Positions 38,606 through 51,048 of a DNA stretch of 64,000 nt are shown here, piece after piece. The notes beneath the pieces were generated by a model. That model worked only from the letters and a program-made list of their open reading frames with translations. It was not told where the DNA came from and did not search any database. Both the position numbers and the translations under genes were made by a program. This DNA is from Dendrobates tinctorius (lineage: Eukaryota): positions 4,154,001 to 4,218,000 of the forward strand of contig NW_027362008.1 in assembly GCF_039654945.1 (NCBI RefSeq), read 5' to 3'. How positions within the stretch are numbered: the stretch's first letter is position 1; each line of letters opens with the position of its first letter.

Positions 38606-40689
38606 TGAGAAATTGAGAATAATATAATAGAAAAAATGTCTTTGTAAGGCTGTGTGCCCACATTGCGCTTTTTCAGAGTTTCCGTGGTGATTTTAAACAA
38701 GTGATTCTGCCGCTGAAATGCTTAAGAAAATCATTCCATGTTATCATAATTGATTCCGCACATGTTGTGCTAATGGTGCGTATTTTACCGCTGCGGAATT
38801 GCTTAGCGGTAAAAAACACAGCATGTTCATTAATTTTGTGGAATCGCATGCGATTATGCATACATACACTTGTATTGCAAAAGCGCATAGGAAATCGCAT
38901 GTTAAAACATATGACAAATGCATCAAAATTGCTAAAATCTTCAAAACTGCATGCGTTTTTCCAGCTAAGGGTGTGCGTTTCTCCTCAGGAATATTCTACT
39001 TCAAAACTGCAATGTGGGCACATAGCCTGAAAGTGGCTTTTCTATCCTCTAGTCTGAGTAGATGGCTGTAATTTTTCATTCTGACGTTTGATCCATCATA
39101 TGATTTTCACTCTGTTCCAGAGTGAAATTGTATTTTCCTCTTTGGTTGTTTTGTAAAAACTCAACATCAATTTTTACAATTATGGTTCTTTCATTTGCTC
39201 CCTTATATAAATGTATATTTCTCTACTTCTGTACTGTGGCTGCTAAGAAGAATTTACAATATACTGCGTTTGTTCTGCGCAATTGAAATACATTCTCGCC
39301 TTTATGCCATGTGGAATTCAAATTCCTGATTTTAGCCATGTATGTCTTCACTTGTAATTCATTTACGTTAATTAGATATGTTAATTGTCTTTCACTAGTG
39401 TTCAGCATATTAGTGCTTTCTCGAACAATGCCTGTTATCATGACAAAGGGTGCTGGGACACCTGAAACGCGTTGATAACACAATCTTATGTACCATTCAT
39501 GCTGATATTTTATCTATTCACATCTGAGTGAATAAAGAATTTGTGTTTTCACTTCTGGATCATGGCTTTTTTGTTACATTAGCCATACCTTTCTTTTTTG
39601 GGCAATATAGATGTAAAAGTGTTTTTTAAGTATCAGTTATATTTGTCAATACACTTTTTAAGTGGAACTTATTAGCATGATTTTATAAGCACTTTTTTGC
39701 AAGAGAAATAAAGAAAACAGTAATTGTAACATTTATTTGTAGTTTAAAGTTTGTGTTATCTGATGTGCTGAAAAAATAAAGCAGTAACTGCATTCAGTAG
39801 GTCAGTACTAATATGGTGCTGGTAAATTTGAAAAATCTTAATTGTTTTTTATGTTTTGTACAATATACACTTTAAAAAAAAACCATTTTTATACTGTTTT
39901 ACAATTTTTTGTTAGTGGCGTGGTATGAAGATTTATTTTTGCCTGAAAATCTGTAGCTTTTGTTGTTAACAGTTTGTTGTACATGCAACTTTTTGATCAC
40001 TTTTACATTATTTAGGAGGCAAAATGAAAGAAAAACACGTAAATTCTGAATTTGTTTTAATATTTTTTTAAACCCCAGTCACTGTTGGGTATAACTGTCA
40101 TGGTATCTTTATTTGGTGGACGATATCATCACCATATTCTCATAAACTTCACTTATTTATTTTTCGGTTTATTGTAGGTGACGCTGATTGAGGCTTTGTT
40201 TTTGGTTATATATGCCTTTCTAGTTATTATTTATCTCATTGTTTTGCTGGGAAGCAGAAACAAACAGCTATGAATTGGAAATAGTTGTTATTTTTATGGA
40301 GTTCGTCCAGCAGTATAATTGACATGATTACTTTATTCTGTGTGCTGATATGATTATGTTCATATCTAAGAAAATCACAATACATTTTTTATAGCTGTCA
40401 CATTGTGAGTCAATGCTTTGTATTTTTCTGACTGCAGATCTGTATGAGGACATGTTTTTGGGTAACAAACTAGTTATTTTGGTATAGCATCGGGATACAT
40501 GATTTTTTAATTCAGTTTTTTAGTGAGGTAAGATGAACAAGAATAGCAAGTTTAGCAGTTTCTCACTTTTCCCCTCATACGGCATTGATTATGCACAATA
40601 AATGATAAGATTGTTTTATAACATGGGTCAGATCAGCAAAATTCAAAATCGCTTAACTGTTTGGATTTTCCCAATTAATTTGATTTTCA

Positions 40690-42983
40690 TAGAATCATAG
40701 AATCATAGAATCATAGAATCGTAGAGTTGGAAGGGACCTCCTGGGCCATCTGGTCCAACCCCCTGCTCAAAGCAGGATTCGCTAAATCATCCCTGTTAGA
40801 TGTCTGTCCAGCCTCTGTTTGAAGACTTCCATTGAAGGAGAACTCACCACTTCTCGTGGCAGCCTGTTCCACTCATTGATCACTCTAACTGTCAAAAAGT
40901 TTTTTCTAATATCTAATCTGTGTCTCCTCCCATTCAGCTTCATCCCATTGCTTCTAGTCTTTCCTTGTGCAAATGAGAATAAAGTTGATCCTTCTACAAT
41001 GTGACAGCCCTTTAGATATTTGTAGACAGCTATTAAGTCTCCTCTCAGTCTTCTCTTTTGCAAACTAAACATTCCCAAATCCTGCAACCTTTCCTCATAA
41101 GACAGGGTTTGCAGACCGGTCACCATTCTGGTCGCTCTTTTCTGAACTTGCTCCAGTTTGTTGATGTCTTTTTTAAAATGTGGTGCCCAAAATTGGACAC
41201 AATATTCCAGATGAGGTCTGACCAAAGAGGAGTAGAGGGAAATAATTACTTCACGTGATCTAGACTGTATGCTTCTGTTAATACATCCTAGAATTGCATT
41301 TGCCTTTTTTGCTGCTGCATCACACTGTTGACTCATATTCAGTCTGTGATCTATTAGTATACCCAAGTCTTTTTCACATGTGCTGTCACTTAGCCCTATT
41401 CCTCCCATTCTATATATGCTTTTTTCATTTTTATTGCCCAGATGTAGTACTTTGCATTTCTCCCTGTTAAAAACCATTCTGTTAGTTGCTGCCCAATTCT
41501 CCAGTTTATTTAAATCTTTTTGAATCCTCTCTCTCTCTTCTCTAGTATTAGCTATCCCTCCTAGCTTTGTGTCATCAGCAAATTTAATCAGTTTACCCTC
41601 AATTCCTTCATCTAAATCGTTGATAAAGATGTTGAACAATACAGGGCCCAGGACAGAGCCCTGTGGTACCCCACTTGAGACATTCTTCCAACTGGATGTG
41701 CAGCCATTTACGACCACTCTTTGGGTCCGATCACTAAGCCAGTTATGAATCCACCTAACAGTTGCCTTGTCCATTCCATACTTAGTCATTTTTTCAATAA
41801 GGATTGTATGAGAGACTTTGTCAAATGCTTTGCTGAAGTCAAGATATACTATATCTACAGCATTTCCTTGATCCACCCAATCAGTGATACCGTCATAGAA
41901 GGAAATTAAATTAGTCTGACATGACTTATTATTTACAAACCCATGCTGACTCTGTTTAATCACTTCATTCTTATCCAAGTATTGACATACATGTTGTTTA
42001 ATAATTTGTTCAAAGATCTTTCCTGGTATAGAAGTCAGACTCACCGGCCTATAGTTGCCTGGGTCCACCTTCTTCCCCTTTTTGAAGATAGGAACAACAT
42101 TTGCTCTTCTCCAGTCTTCTGGCACTTCTCCTGTTCTCCAAGAATTTTCAAAGATTATGGAGAGGGGTTCAAAAATTTCTTCTGCTATCTCCTTCAGTAC
42201 TCTGGGGTGTAATTCATCTGGACCTGGAGACTTGAATTCATTTAGGTTAGCTAAGTGTTTCCTCACTATCTTTCTGTTTATAGATATCCTGGATTCTTCT
42301 ATTCCCTTAATAGGACAGTGAATAACAGTTGATGTTACATTTCCTTTCTGAGAGAAAACAGATGCAAAATAGGAATTTAAAAGTTCAGCCTTCTCAACAT
42401 CCTGTCTTACCATTTCATCATTTTCATCCTGTAAAAATCCTATAGCATCTTTGACTTTTCTTTTACTTTTGACATATCCCCAAAATCCTTTATTATTGCT
42501 TTTGACATCTCTTGCAAGTCTCAATTCATTTTCAGCTTTAGATAATCTGATTTGTGCCCTGCAGGTTCTGCAGACAGCATTATATTCTTCTTTAGATATG
42601 CCTCCCTCTTTCCATTTTATAAACATTTTTTTCTTCCTTTTTAGCATGTGCTTAAGTTCTGTGTTCATCCATCCTGGTTTCCTTAAATGCTTCCTATTCT
42701 TCCCTCTTTTCGGAATTGTTAACAACTGTGCTTTGAGAATTTCATTTTTCAAGATTTCCCATCCTTCCTGGACATTTTTGTCTTTAAGGATATCCAGCCA
42801 TTGGATCCCTCCAATTCTCTTTCTGAATCCCTTAAAATCTGCCTTTCTGAAATCTAACGTTGACGTCTGAGTCTTCACAGGTCTTCCGCCTCTAGTTATC
42901 CAAAATTCTAAAATAGCATGGTCGCTACCTCCTAGGGTCCCAGCCACTTTTACCTCCTCAACCATTTCCTCCCTGTTTTTAAG
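40690..42983 (-). mobile_element. CR1 insertion B, unit 3 (ORF 40782-42965)
   Basis: Protein matches the unit 1 copy. Confidence 0.96.
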
Positions 42984-44630
42984 GATTTTCAGAGAAGTTA
43001 TTCTCCATGAATTGAGTATCGCTGATTATGTACTGGAATCTCTCCATGCTGATATTTTATCGTCTTTTCAAATCTGAGTGAACAAAGAATTTGTTTTTTC
43101 ACTTCATCGTTAAGCTAGGTCATCTCTTTTTTGGATTTTTTTATTCCAAGACATGGCAGTTTTGTGCTCAGAGCTTCATGATCTATTAACGCTGTGAGAT
43201 GGATTGTTTTATATGTCTAATGTAACGCAACAAGTATAAAAATGTTCTATAGTGAAGGTCAAAACTGGCTCCAGTATGTAACAATAAAAATGAAATAATG
43301 TGAAAACTTTTTTCACTATCTCATAAAGCTAAATTTATAAACCTTTCCAAAAATAAAATGAGATTGGCGTACAAAATCAGCTCATCAAATAAGGAAATTC
43401 TCCCATTACACTAAAAATAAATTTGCAGAAACTGGTACATGACCTGTACCCATAGCGGTGCCATTTACTTGGTGGAAAGGGATGAAATTAAAAATAAAAT
43501 CATTTGAGTCAACTAAACATCCAATAATATTTTAAAACAAACCTGTTTTGTGACTAAAAACAGATCTGCTCATCTCTCATCAGTACATGGGTGGTAGAGG
43601 TTAGCAGTGAAACAATAGAAATTTATTTAGATGCATTTACATTGTTACATGATATGAATACAGTTATGTTAGATGTCTTGTGACTACAGGTAAATGTTCT
43701 TTACCCAATTTAATAAAAAAATCTACTTACATCCAAATCTTCATTTCACTTGACCAAATAGTGAGATGTTGATGTAATTATCCTTTACAGAAACCTCTTG
43801 ATTATGTCTTCTGCTGACATACTCACACTTTTTAAAGAAATGTTTTTATTCAATATTGGCTCGTTCACCCGTCTTAATCTAAAGTCACTGGATGCTTCTA
43901 TAATTAAATGTAAATAAAAAAAAAGAAGGGGTTACCAGATATGAAGATGCTATGCTACTGTGAAGGTAACGTGGCAAATGCATTTCCAGTAGATGTAAAA
44001 ACAGTAAATTTCTGAAGATCATAAAAAAATAGACATCAATCAGCTATAAAAAGCTAACACATGTATTACATTCTTCAATATGTTGTACACTTGGACGGGA
44101 TGGCCATGGGGGTGGCATTCACGCCAAATAAGTATCAACACAATATCTCAGTGCAATTTTGCACATCTTTAATATTGTATAAAATATAGAAAGCCACTTC
44201 TACTAGATGTCTAATAGCATGTAAATGAAGACTGTTATAGCTCCCATTTACATGAATTACACACGTATATACAAGATGTATGAAGCATGGAACACCTTAC
44301 TATATTAATAAATAATACAATTGAGCAATTTGAAGCAAACACTGCACTCAGCAGCTATTAATCAGGTAATCATAGCAGTGGCCCTAACAATTTCAATACC
44401 ATGGTCATTGCATATTTTAGAAATTTTGTCTCTTGACTTCATGAAACTATCATGAAATAATACAATGAATAACATTTCTCTCTTTAGTTTACCTAATTAT
44501 CAGCACAATGGTGAATAGTATCACAGGGCACCACAGGAAATTTCTATCCCTTTGTGTTGTCCCAAACCAGCATTCTCCCTGGAGAGATTTATAAATGTCA
44601 GTTTATATGTAAATGGAGACAGTAAGTCTT

Positions 44631-44851
44631 GGCCAATGACAATATCCCACTAATTAACAACCCCCTGCTCTTCCCAGATATAAATTGTTTCCTCCTCTCA
44701 GTGACATCTACTTCACTCCAGGTATTATTTGTGGTCAGAACTGGCCTCTGAGGAGCATCAAGCTGTAGACTTGTTGGTGTACAGGAGGAGTTCAGCACCG
44801 ACTATCATCTCTTTCAGTAGCAGTAGACATCTTCAATCTCCATCTACAAAG
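44631..44851 (+). promoter_or_regulatory. Putative kinase promoter and first exon, copy 3
   Basis: Same motifs; TATAAAT instead of TATAAAC. Confidence 0.58.
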
Positions 44852-45072
44852 GTGAATATATGATAAGTATAGCACAGCATATAGTAGATGGTATTACTGC
44901 AGATCCCTGGGGAATTATGCAATGCTGGAACATTATTACAGTGACTGCACACTATTATACAATTGTGCATTTCTAGTCGCAGTTTACACGAGGTGATTAC
45001 AGTATGTTATTATGGGTCTCAAAGATGTTTCATGCTTTATTCAATGCCATATCTCATTTCATTTTATTCAGA

Positions 45073-46722
45073 ATGGCCACCAACATCAAGGAAGCAAGCA
45101 AGAACACGGCAAAACACCTTCTTCATCTGATATCAGAAACTTCCAAGAACCTGAAGATGATGGAAGTGACTGACCACTTTGAACTTTTGCTAGAACTTGG
45201 GACTGGATCTTTTGGAAATGTACACATGGGAAAACACAAACATTCAGGTGAGATGATGATGATGGATGATGACTATGAAGATGACTGAGCCATCAGGGTG
45301 GTTTTAGATGAATGTGAAAGATGAAATTGAAATCTGCTTGTACCCTGACAAACTGTACTTGTTAACAATCATTAAGTATGACCCTAGTTGTATCCTATCT
45401 ACAACGTGTCATTAGTATTCTGCACCACTACCCTCTAGTCTTATGAATGCTCCTGTGTAAAGTGATTGATCAGGTTGTTTATATGGTTTTAAAAGTGTTA
45501 TGGAATATGATGAGGATGAACATTAACAATTATAATGTTTATTCAACAGGACAGACCGTGGCAATTAAAATGATGGCAAAGAAGAAGACTCCAGAAGACA
45601 ACTTCTTTCTGGAATATTGCATTTCACAAACCCTCAGCATTCATCGGAACATCATATTTACTCACGACATCTTCTTCCATACCAGTAGGGATTTTGTGTT
45701 TGTTCAGGAAGTGGCACCGGCCGGAAATCTCCAGTCCATCCTTGTACCTAAAGTAAGATCTTAAGCTGTTCTCCACTTTTACATATTCAAGCATTATTCA
45801 TACTGCTGAAGAAAAAAATTAGTGGTCTTTATTGTAGATCTGACATCTAACATTACCCTATTTCCTCAGATTTAATAAACTCATATTTCTGTAAGTAGCA
45901 GTATGGGACCCCCATAATTAGGCAGGTTTAGGTTGTATGAGTATGTGTGAGCTAGTAAAATCCTCTATGTGAGAGATATTTAATTTTTAGTGGAAATCTC
46001 ACATTATAGAGGATATCTGATTAATAGCAGAGTAGAACTGATGTCTGCAGGAATTATATCTACTAGTAGAAGATATCTATAAGTCTTCTGTTCTTTTATA
46101 TCAGATATGTTTTCCCTTCTGCTGTTCAGCTGTGTAATCTTCTGTGTTGTCTTTTTCTTAGGTCGGCATGCAGGAGGACATGTTGAAGCGTTGTGTTCCT
46201 CAGATCGCCAGTGCTCTGGACTTTATGCATAACAGAGGAATGGTTCATCGGGATATCAAGCCGAATAATATTCTTCTGATGGATGCAGAATGTCACTGGA
46301 TAAAGCTGGCAGACTTTGGACTCACCAGGCTCCAGGGCACATTTGTTCCTTTTGTGCCCTGGTATAAACCCTACACTGCTCCAGAGCTCTGCTGCCTTAG
46401 ACCAGGAGAACAGTTGTTGCTACATCCTAGTCTTGATGTCTGGGCTTTTGGTGTAGTCATTTATTATGCTCTTTCTGGACTCTTTCCTTGGCATGGGGCA
46501 AAACGCGGTGATCGAGATTATAAAGAGTTTGCCTGGTGGCAGGTTGGAAGGGATCTGTCAAAAGCTCCAAAAAAGTGGAAGAAAATTTCAGTGGAGGCCA
46601 GAGTAATGTTCTGGGAACTGCTTCAAATAAATGCCTCTAAGAGAGGCTCGGCCATTGACATTCTAAAATTTATGCACTTGCCATGGAAAGCCGAGGAATG
46701 TTCAGAGACCGAAGCAACCTGA
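45073..46722 (+). CDS. SBK1-like kinase, copy 3; exons 45073-45247, 45550-45752, 46162-46722
   Basis: Same protein and splice sites as copy 1. Confidence 0.92.
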
Positions 46723-49700
46723 TATGTTGAATCTATGACAAACTGCAATATGATATTTGTTTTTTTAATCAATAATGTCTACAAAGCAGACTGTGAACTA
46801 TTGTAAATAGCTCAATAAATGAATAAAACAGACTTGAATCTTACTAAAGTTTGTCTCGAGAAAAACAGAAAAAAATATAGAAGTTACGGGTATACGAACA
46901 TGGGACACTCCCAAAACATTTTTTAAGTCAGTTTTTTTCATAAAAGTAACAAAACATAAAAAGTGATATAGAAAAGGAATTGTCATGGTATTGCTATTCA
47001 CATTCTACATATTTCACATTGACATGCTTTAGCACTACAGAGTGCATCTTTTTTGTTTATTGAAAATGAAGGTAACTGCAGCTAGTTGGCTCCTGTTCAC
47101 ATTAGCTTGGAAGTGCCAGTCTTTTTGTCACTAAAAAAATAATACTGGTACTTTATTCCCAAATTTGATAAATATGCTGAGCCTCCATCTTGCTATTTGC
47201 ACTGGATATTATGCCCATTGGTTAAGAAAACTCCCTTGGTTATACAGGACTCAAGATTTTTTACAAATACAGGATGATTTTGATTGACAAGAATTATTGC
47301 AGCTGGTGACAATCCTTGTGCTTTTGCTTTGCACACAATTCCTTTCAATTTGCAGGACCCTGGTATAACCAGGCAGCTGATACAGCAATGGATTCACCAG
47401 TTGCCGTGACTTGTATACTGTATATATTTTTTGGAGAAAGATACTTAATTTGAACAATCCATTTCTATTACATATCAAATTATTCTTACAATTTAAAGAC
47501 AATATTCTTATAGTAAGAAGAGATGTGTCTTTTACTTTTTGGAAAGCATGCAGTAAAAAATAAAATCATTATGAGTCAGCACAAATTCTAATAATTTGAA
47601 AACAAAACTCTTGAGTGACTGAATATGATTGCCCTTTGTGCTCAAAAATATTTTACTGCCTGAGTTCCCAATTCATAACAGATTCTGGTATAAAATGTCT
47701 CAATGTAAAGTCTCACTATCATTCTTGTGGGTGGCCAGGACTTCCAGCATCACCAGACCTCTGACTTCACTGTGCCTTTGTTGGGAAAAAACTTGGCACT
47801 CATAGTAAAATCAGAGGATTTTATATTTGAATTTATTTAACGCTGTCGGAGAAGAGATTTCTATTTCTACTTGGGTAGTTTCTGTCTTATGGGTACCTAT
47901 GCAATGAAGCATAATGAGAGAGACAGACTGCTCGCTGTGTTTCCAAATCGTCTCTAAGGTTTATTGACAGTGTGAACTTTTATAGAACAAGATCAAAAAG
48001 AAATGAAGAATACATAAGACTTGGCAAAATAGAAAGGGAGGTTACACAATCGTTGACATAAAAAGATAGGTTATACAATGAGTTGTCAACCACATCCTCG
48101 GACACAAGATAAAATTAAATGAAAAATGACAGGAATACGGTGGTGCTTTCCAAAAGTCAATGTGCTCTAAGTTAATAGTCATGAGTTCATATTCAAAAGA
48201 TATTTTTCTAAAAAGATGTTAGAACATTTCACCTCAAAAGGGAAGAGAATGCATGTCCTTCAGATTTTCTGGGAATTGTAGGAACTGACCATTAGCCATA
48301 GGACTGTGACCACATAGACAGATGATAACTGGATGTCACGACTAGTGACGAGTTCGCTGCCGAGCCAACACCTCCACGTCGACGACCACGACGATGTGGG
48401 GTGAGCGTCCCAAGTGGGGATGGAATGTGGACCCACTGGACCACAGGGGGGACCCAGGCCTACCCAGACTAGGGAAGAGTAGCGACCGGGGTCTGTGGCA
48501 GCTGAGCATGTGGACGAGGAGGCAGAATGACATGACACCGCACACTTCAGGTATAGACATAAAGTTTACTTGAACAAGACATGGTACATAAACGAAACAG
48601 TTATGCAAGGCTCCCGGTTCCGCACATCAGGGAAGGGTACATGTCTCAGGATAACAGAAGAAAGGCAGGAGGTCATTACGGGTTGAGCAGTCCAGGGTTG
48701 TCTGGCATGGGTATACTAGGGCGGCCTCTTCCTCAGTCCTCAGGGGTAGCAAAGGGTCACCAGGAGAATATCAGACACCGACCACAAACAGACTTCAGAA
48801 AATGGCAGGCATTGTCTGACATTTCAATCACATCCATACACGCAGTACTTCTGTATTCTCCCGCTACCCGTATTTTATCAAAAAAGCTCTAATGCCAATG
48901 GACAAAAACATAAATCTTATCTATTTATAGAAACTCTTGGTTGGTTCACTATATCCTCTAATTAGTGTCCTATCTGAGTACCCGGTTGCATACAAAAAAA
49001 TTGAGCAATTATATTCACATATTGTCTTCACGTGATTTTCCCACTTCATTACAAACTCCCACCCGGTTCCTTCCATTAGGTTTTTCCAAGGAGCAACTAA
49101 CCAGAGAGTTTTATCTTAATCGCTGCTTTGAGCAACAAAAAGGCTGTTTATACACTGAGCACACATCATTTAGTCTCCATACATCAACAGAGCTGCTTTA
49201 CAGTAGTACGAAATGAATATGTTGAAGTGTATTTTCCTGGGCCCAACCAGTATGTGGGTACCAAGGTGTAATGGGGTGCATAGGACTATGCAGCAGGGCA
49301 GACATTGCTGTCACTCTGTAAACAAAAGAGTAGGGGAGAACCGTATGAATATGGTGAAGTGTATTTTTTTCCTGGGCCCATCCAGTATGTGGGTTCCAAG
49401 TGTTTAATGGGGTGCATATGACTATGGTATGAATCTCGGAAAAAAATATTTAAAGCTGTGAACTAGGAGTCAGGAATGCTTCCAGGGGCGATCCCCATGA
49501 ATTCCCCATTTCATTTGAGCAGTGTTTAAATCATTTTCAGATGTTTCTAGACCTTAAAATGACCCCCTTGGGGGATCACAGCAAAAATGCTCGGGTTTCC
49601 CATAGACTTATATTGGGCTCGTTGTTCTGTCCGAGTACCCAAGTATTACAATTTGCTCGACCCGAACAACGAGTGCCCAAGCATTTTAGTGCTCGCTCAT

Positions 49701-51048
49701 CACTAATCCCAGTACTTAAAAAGCGATACTCAATTCATGGAGAATAACTTCTCTGAAATTCAAATTAATTGGGAAAATCCAAACGGTTAAGCGATTTTGA
49801 ATTTTGCTGATCTGACCCATGTTATAAAACAATCTTATCATATATTGTGCACGATGAATGCCGCATGAAGGGAAAAGTGAAAAACTGCTAAACTTGCTAT
49901 TCTTGTTCATCTTACCTCACTAAAAAATTGAATTAAAAAAATCATGTATCCCAACGCTGTACCAAAACAACTAGTTTTGTACCCAAAAACATGTCCTCAT
50001 GCAGATCTGCATTCAGAAAAATAAAAAGCAATGACTCTCAATATGACAGCTATAAAAAACATATTGTGATTTTCTTGGGTATGAACATAATCATGTCAGC
50101 ACACAGAATAAAGTGAACAAGTCAATTATACTGCTTACGTTTGAAAATCCACCAGGCTTCCCTATTTTGTAATGTAACCTCCGTATCACCCCCTCTGATG
50201 GGTGTGTGTATTTTTTCAATTGCATACACCAGAAGTGTTTTCAGGTCATCTTTATGACATTCAATAAAATGTTTTGACACCTGAGATGTGTTCCTTTCCA
50301 TGTTAATATTCTCTGTGTCATAGATGTGTTCCCCAATTCTTTTCTTCAGCTTGCGTTTTGTGCTTCCAACATGTTTTAGATGGCAGAAGGTGCACTCCAT
50401 AATATATACCAAGGTTTTAGTGCTACAATTGATAAAGGTTTTAGTAGCAAAATTCTTGCTTTCACTAGAATCTCCAAAGCTAGAGCTCTCTTTAGTGTAT
50501 TTACAGGACTTAGCGCCACACTTATAAAACCCTTGGTTTTCTGCCAATTTGTGGATTGAATTTGAGACATATTCAAAAAACTTGGCAAAAGGCTCTGACC
50601 TAAAGATGGTGCTCTCCTAGAGACTATTCTAAATCCTTTCCCTATAATACTATCTATATCTGGATCCTCTTTTAATACAGATAAATTATTTTGAATAATT
50701 CGTTCAATAGAGGCAAACTGGTTACTATACTGCGAGACCAATGTTACAGGAGTGACTGAATGTTCATGTGTGTTACACTTAGCTTTGAATCGCGGTTTTT
50801 GAGCCACAATGTTTTCAGCTTTGCTTAAACTCCATTGGGTATAACCCCTTTGGGTCAATCACTGCTTAATGTTAGAAACTTCCTGTTGATAATCTGTATT
50901 TGTGCTACAATTGCATTTAGCTCTTGTCATCTCCCCAACAGGTATACTTAGAATCATAGAATCATAGAATCATAGAATCATAGAATCGTAGAGTTGGAAG
51001 GGACCTCCTGGGCCATCTGGTCCAACCCCCTGCTCAAAGCAGGATTCG

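Larger units (their letters stand above)
32321..48484 (+). repeat. Tandem array unit 3 (16,164 bp)
   Basis: Same content and order as unit 2. Confidence 0.98.
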
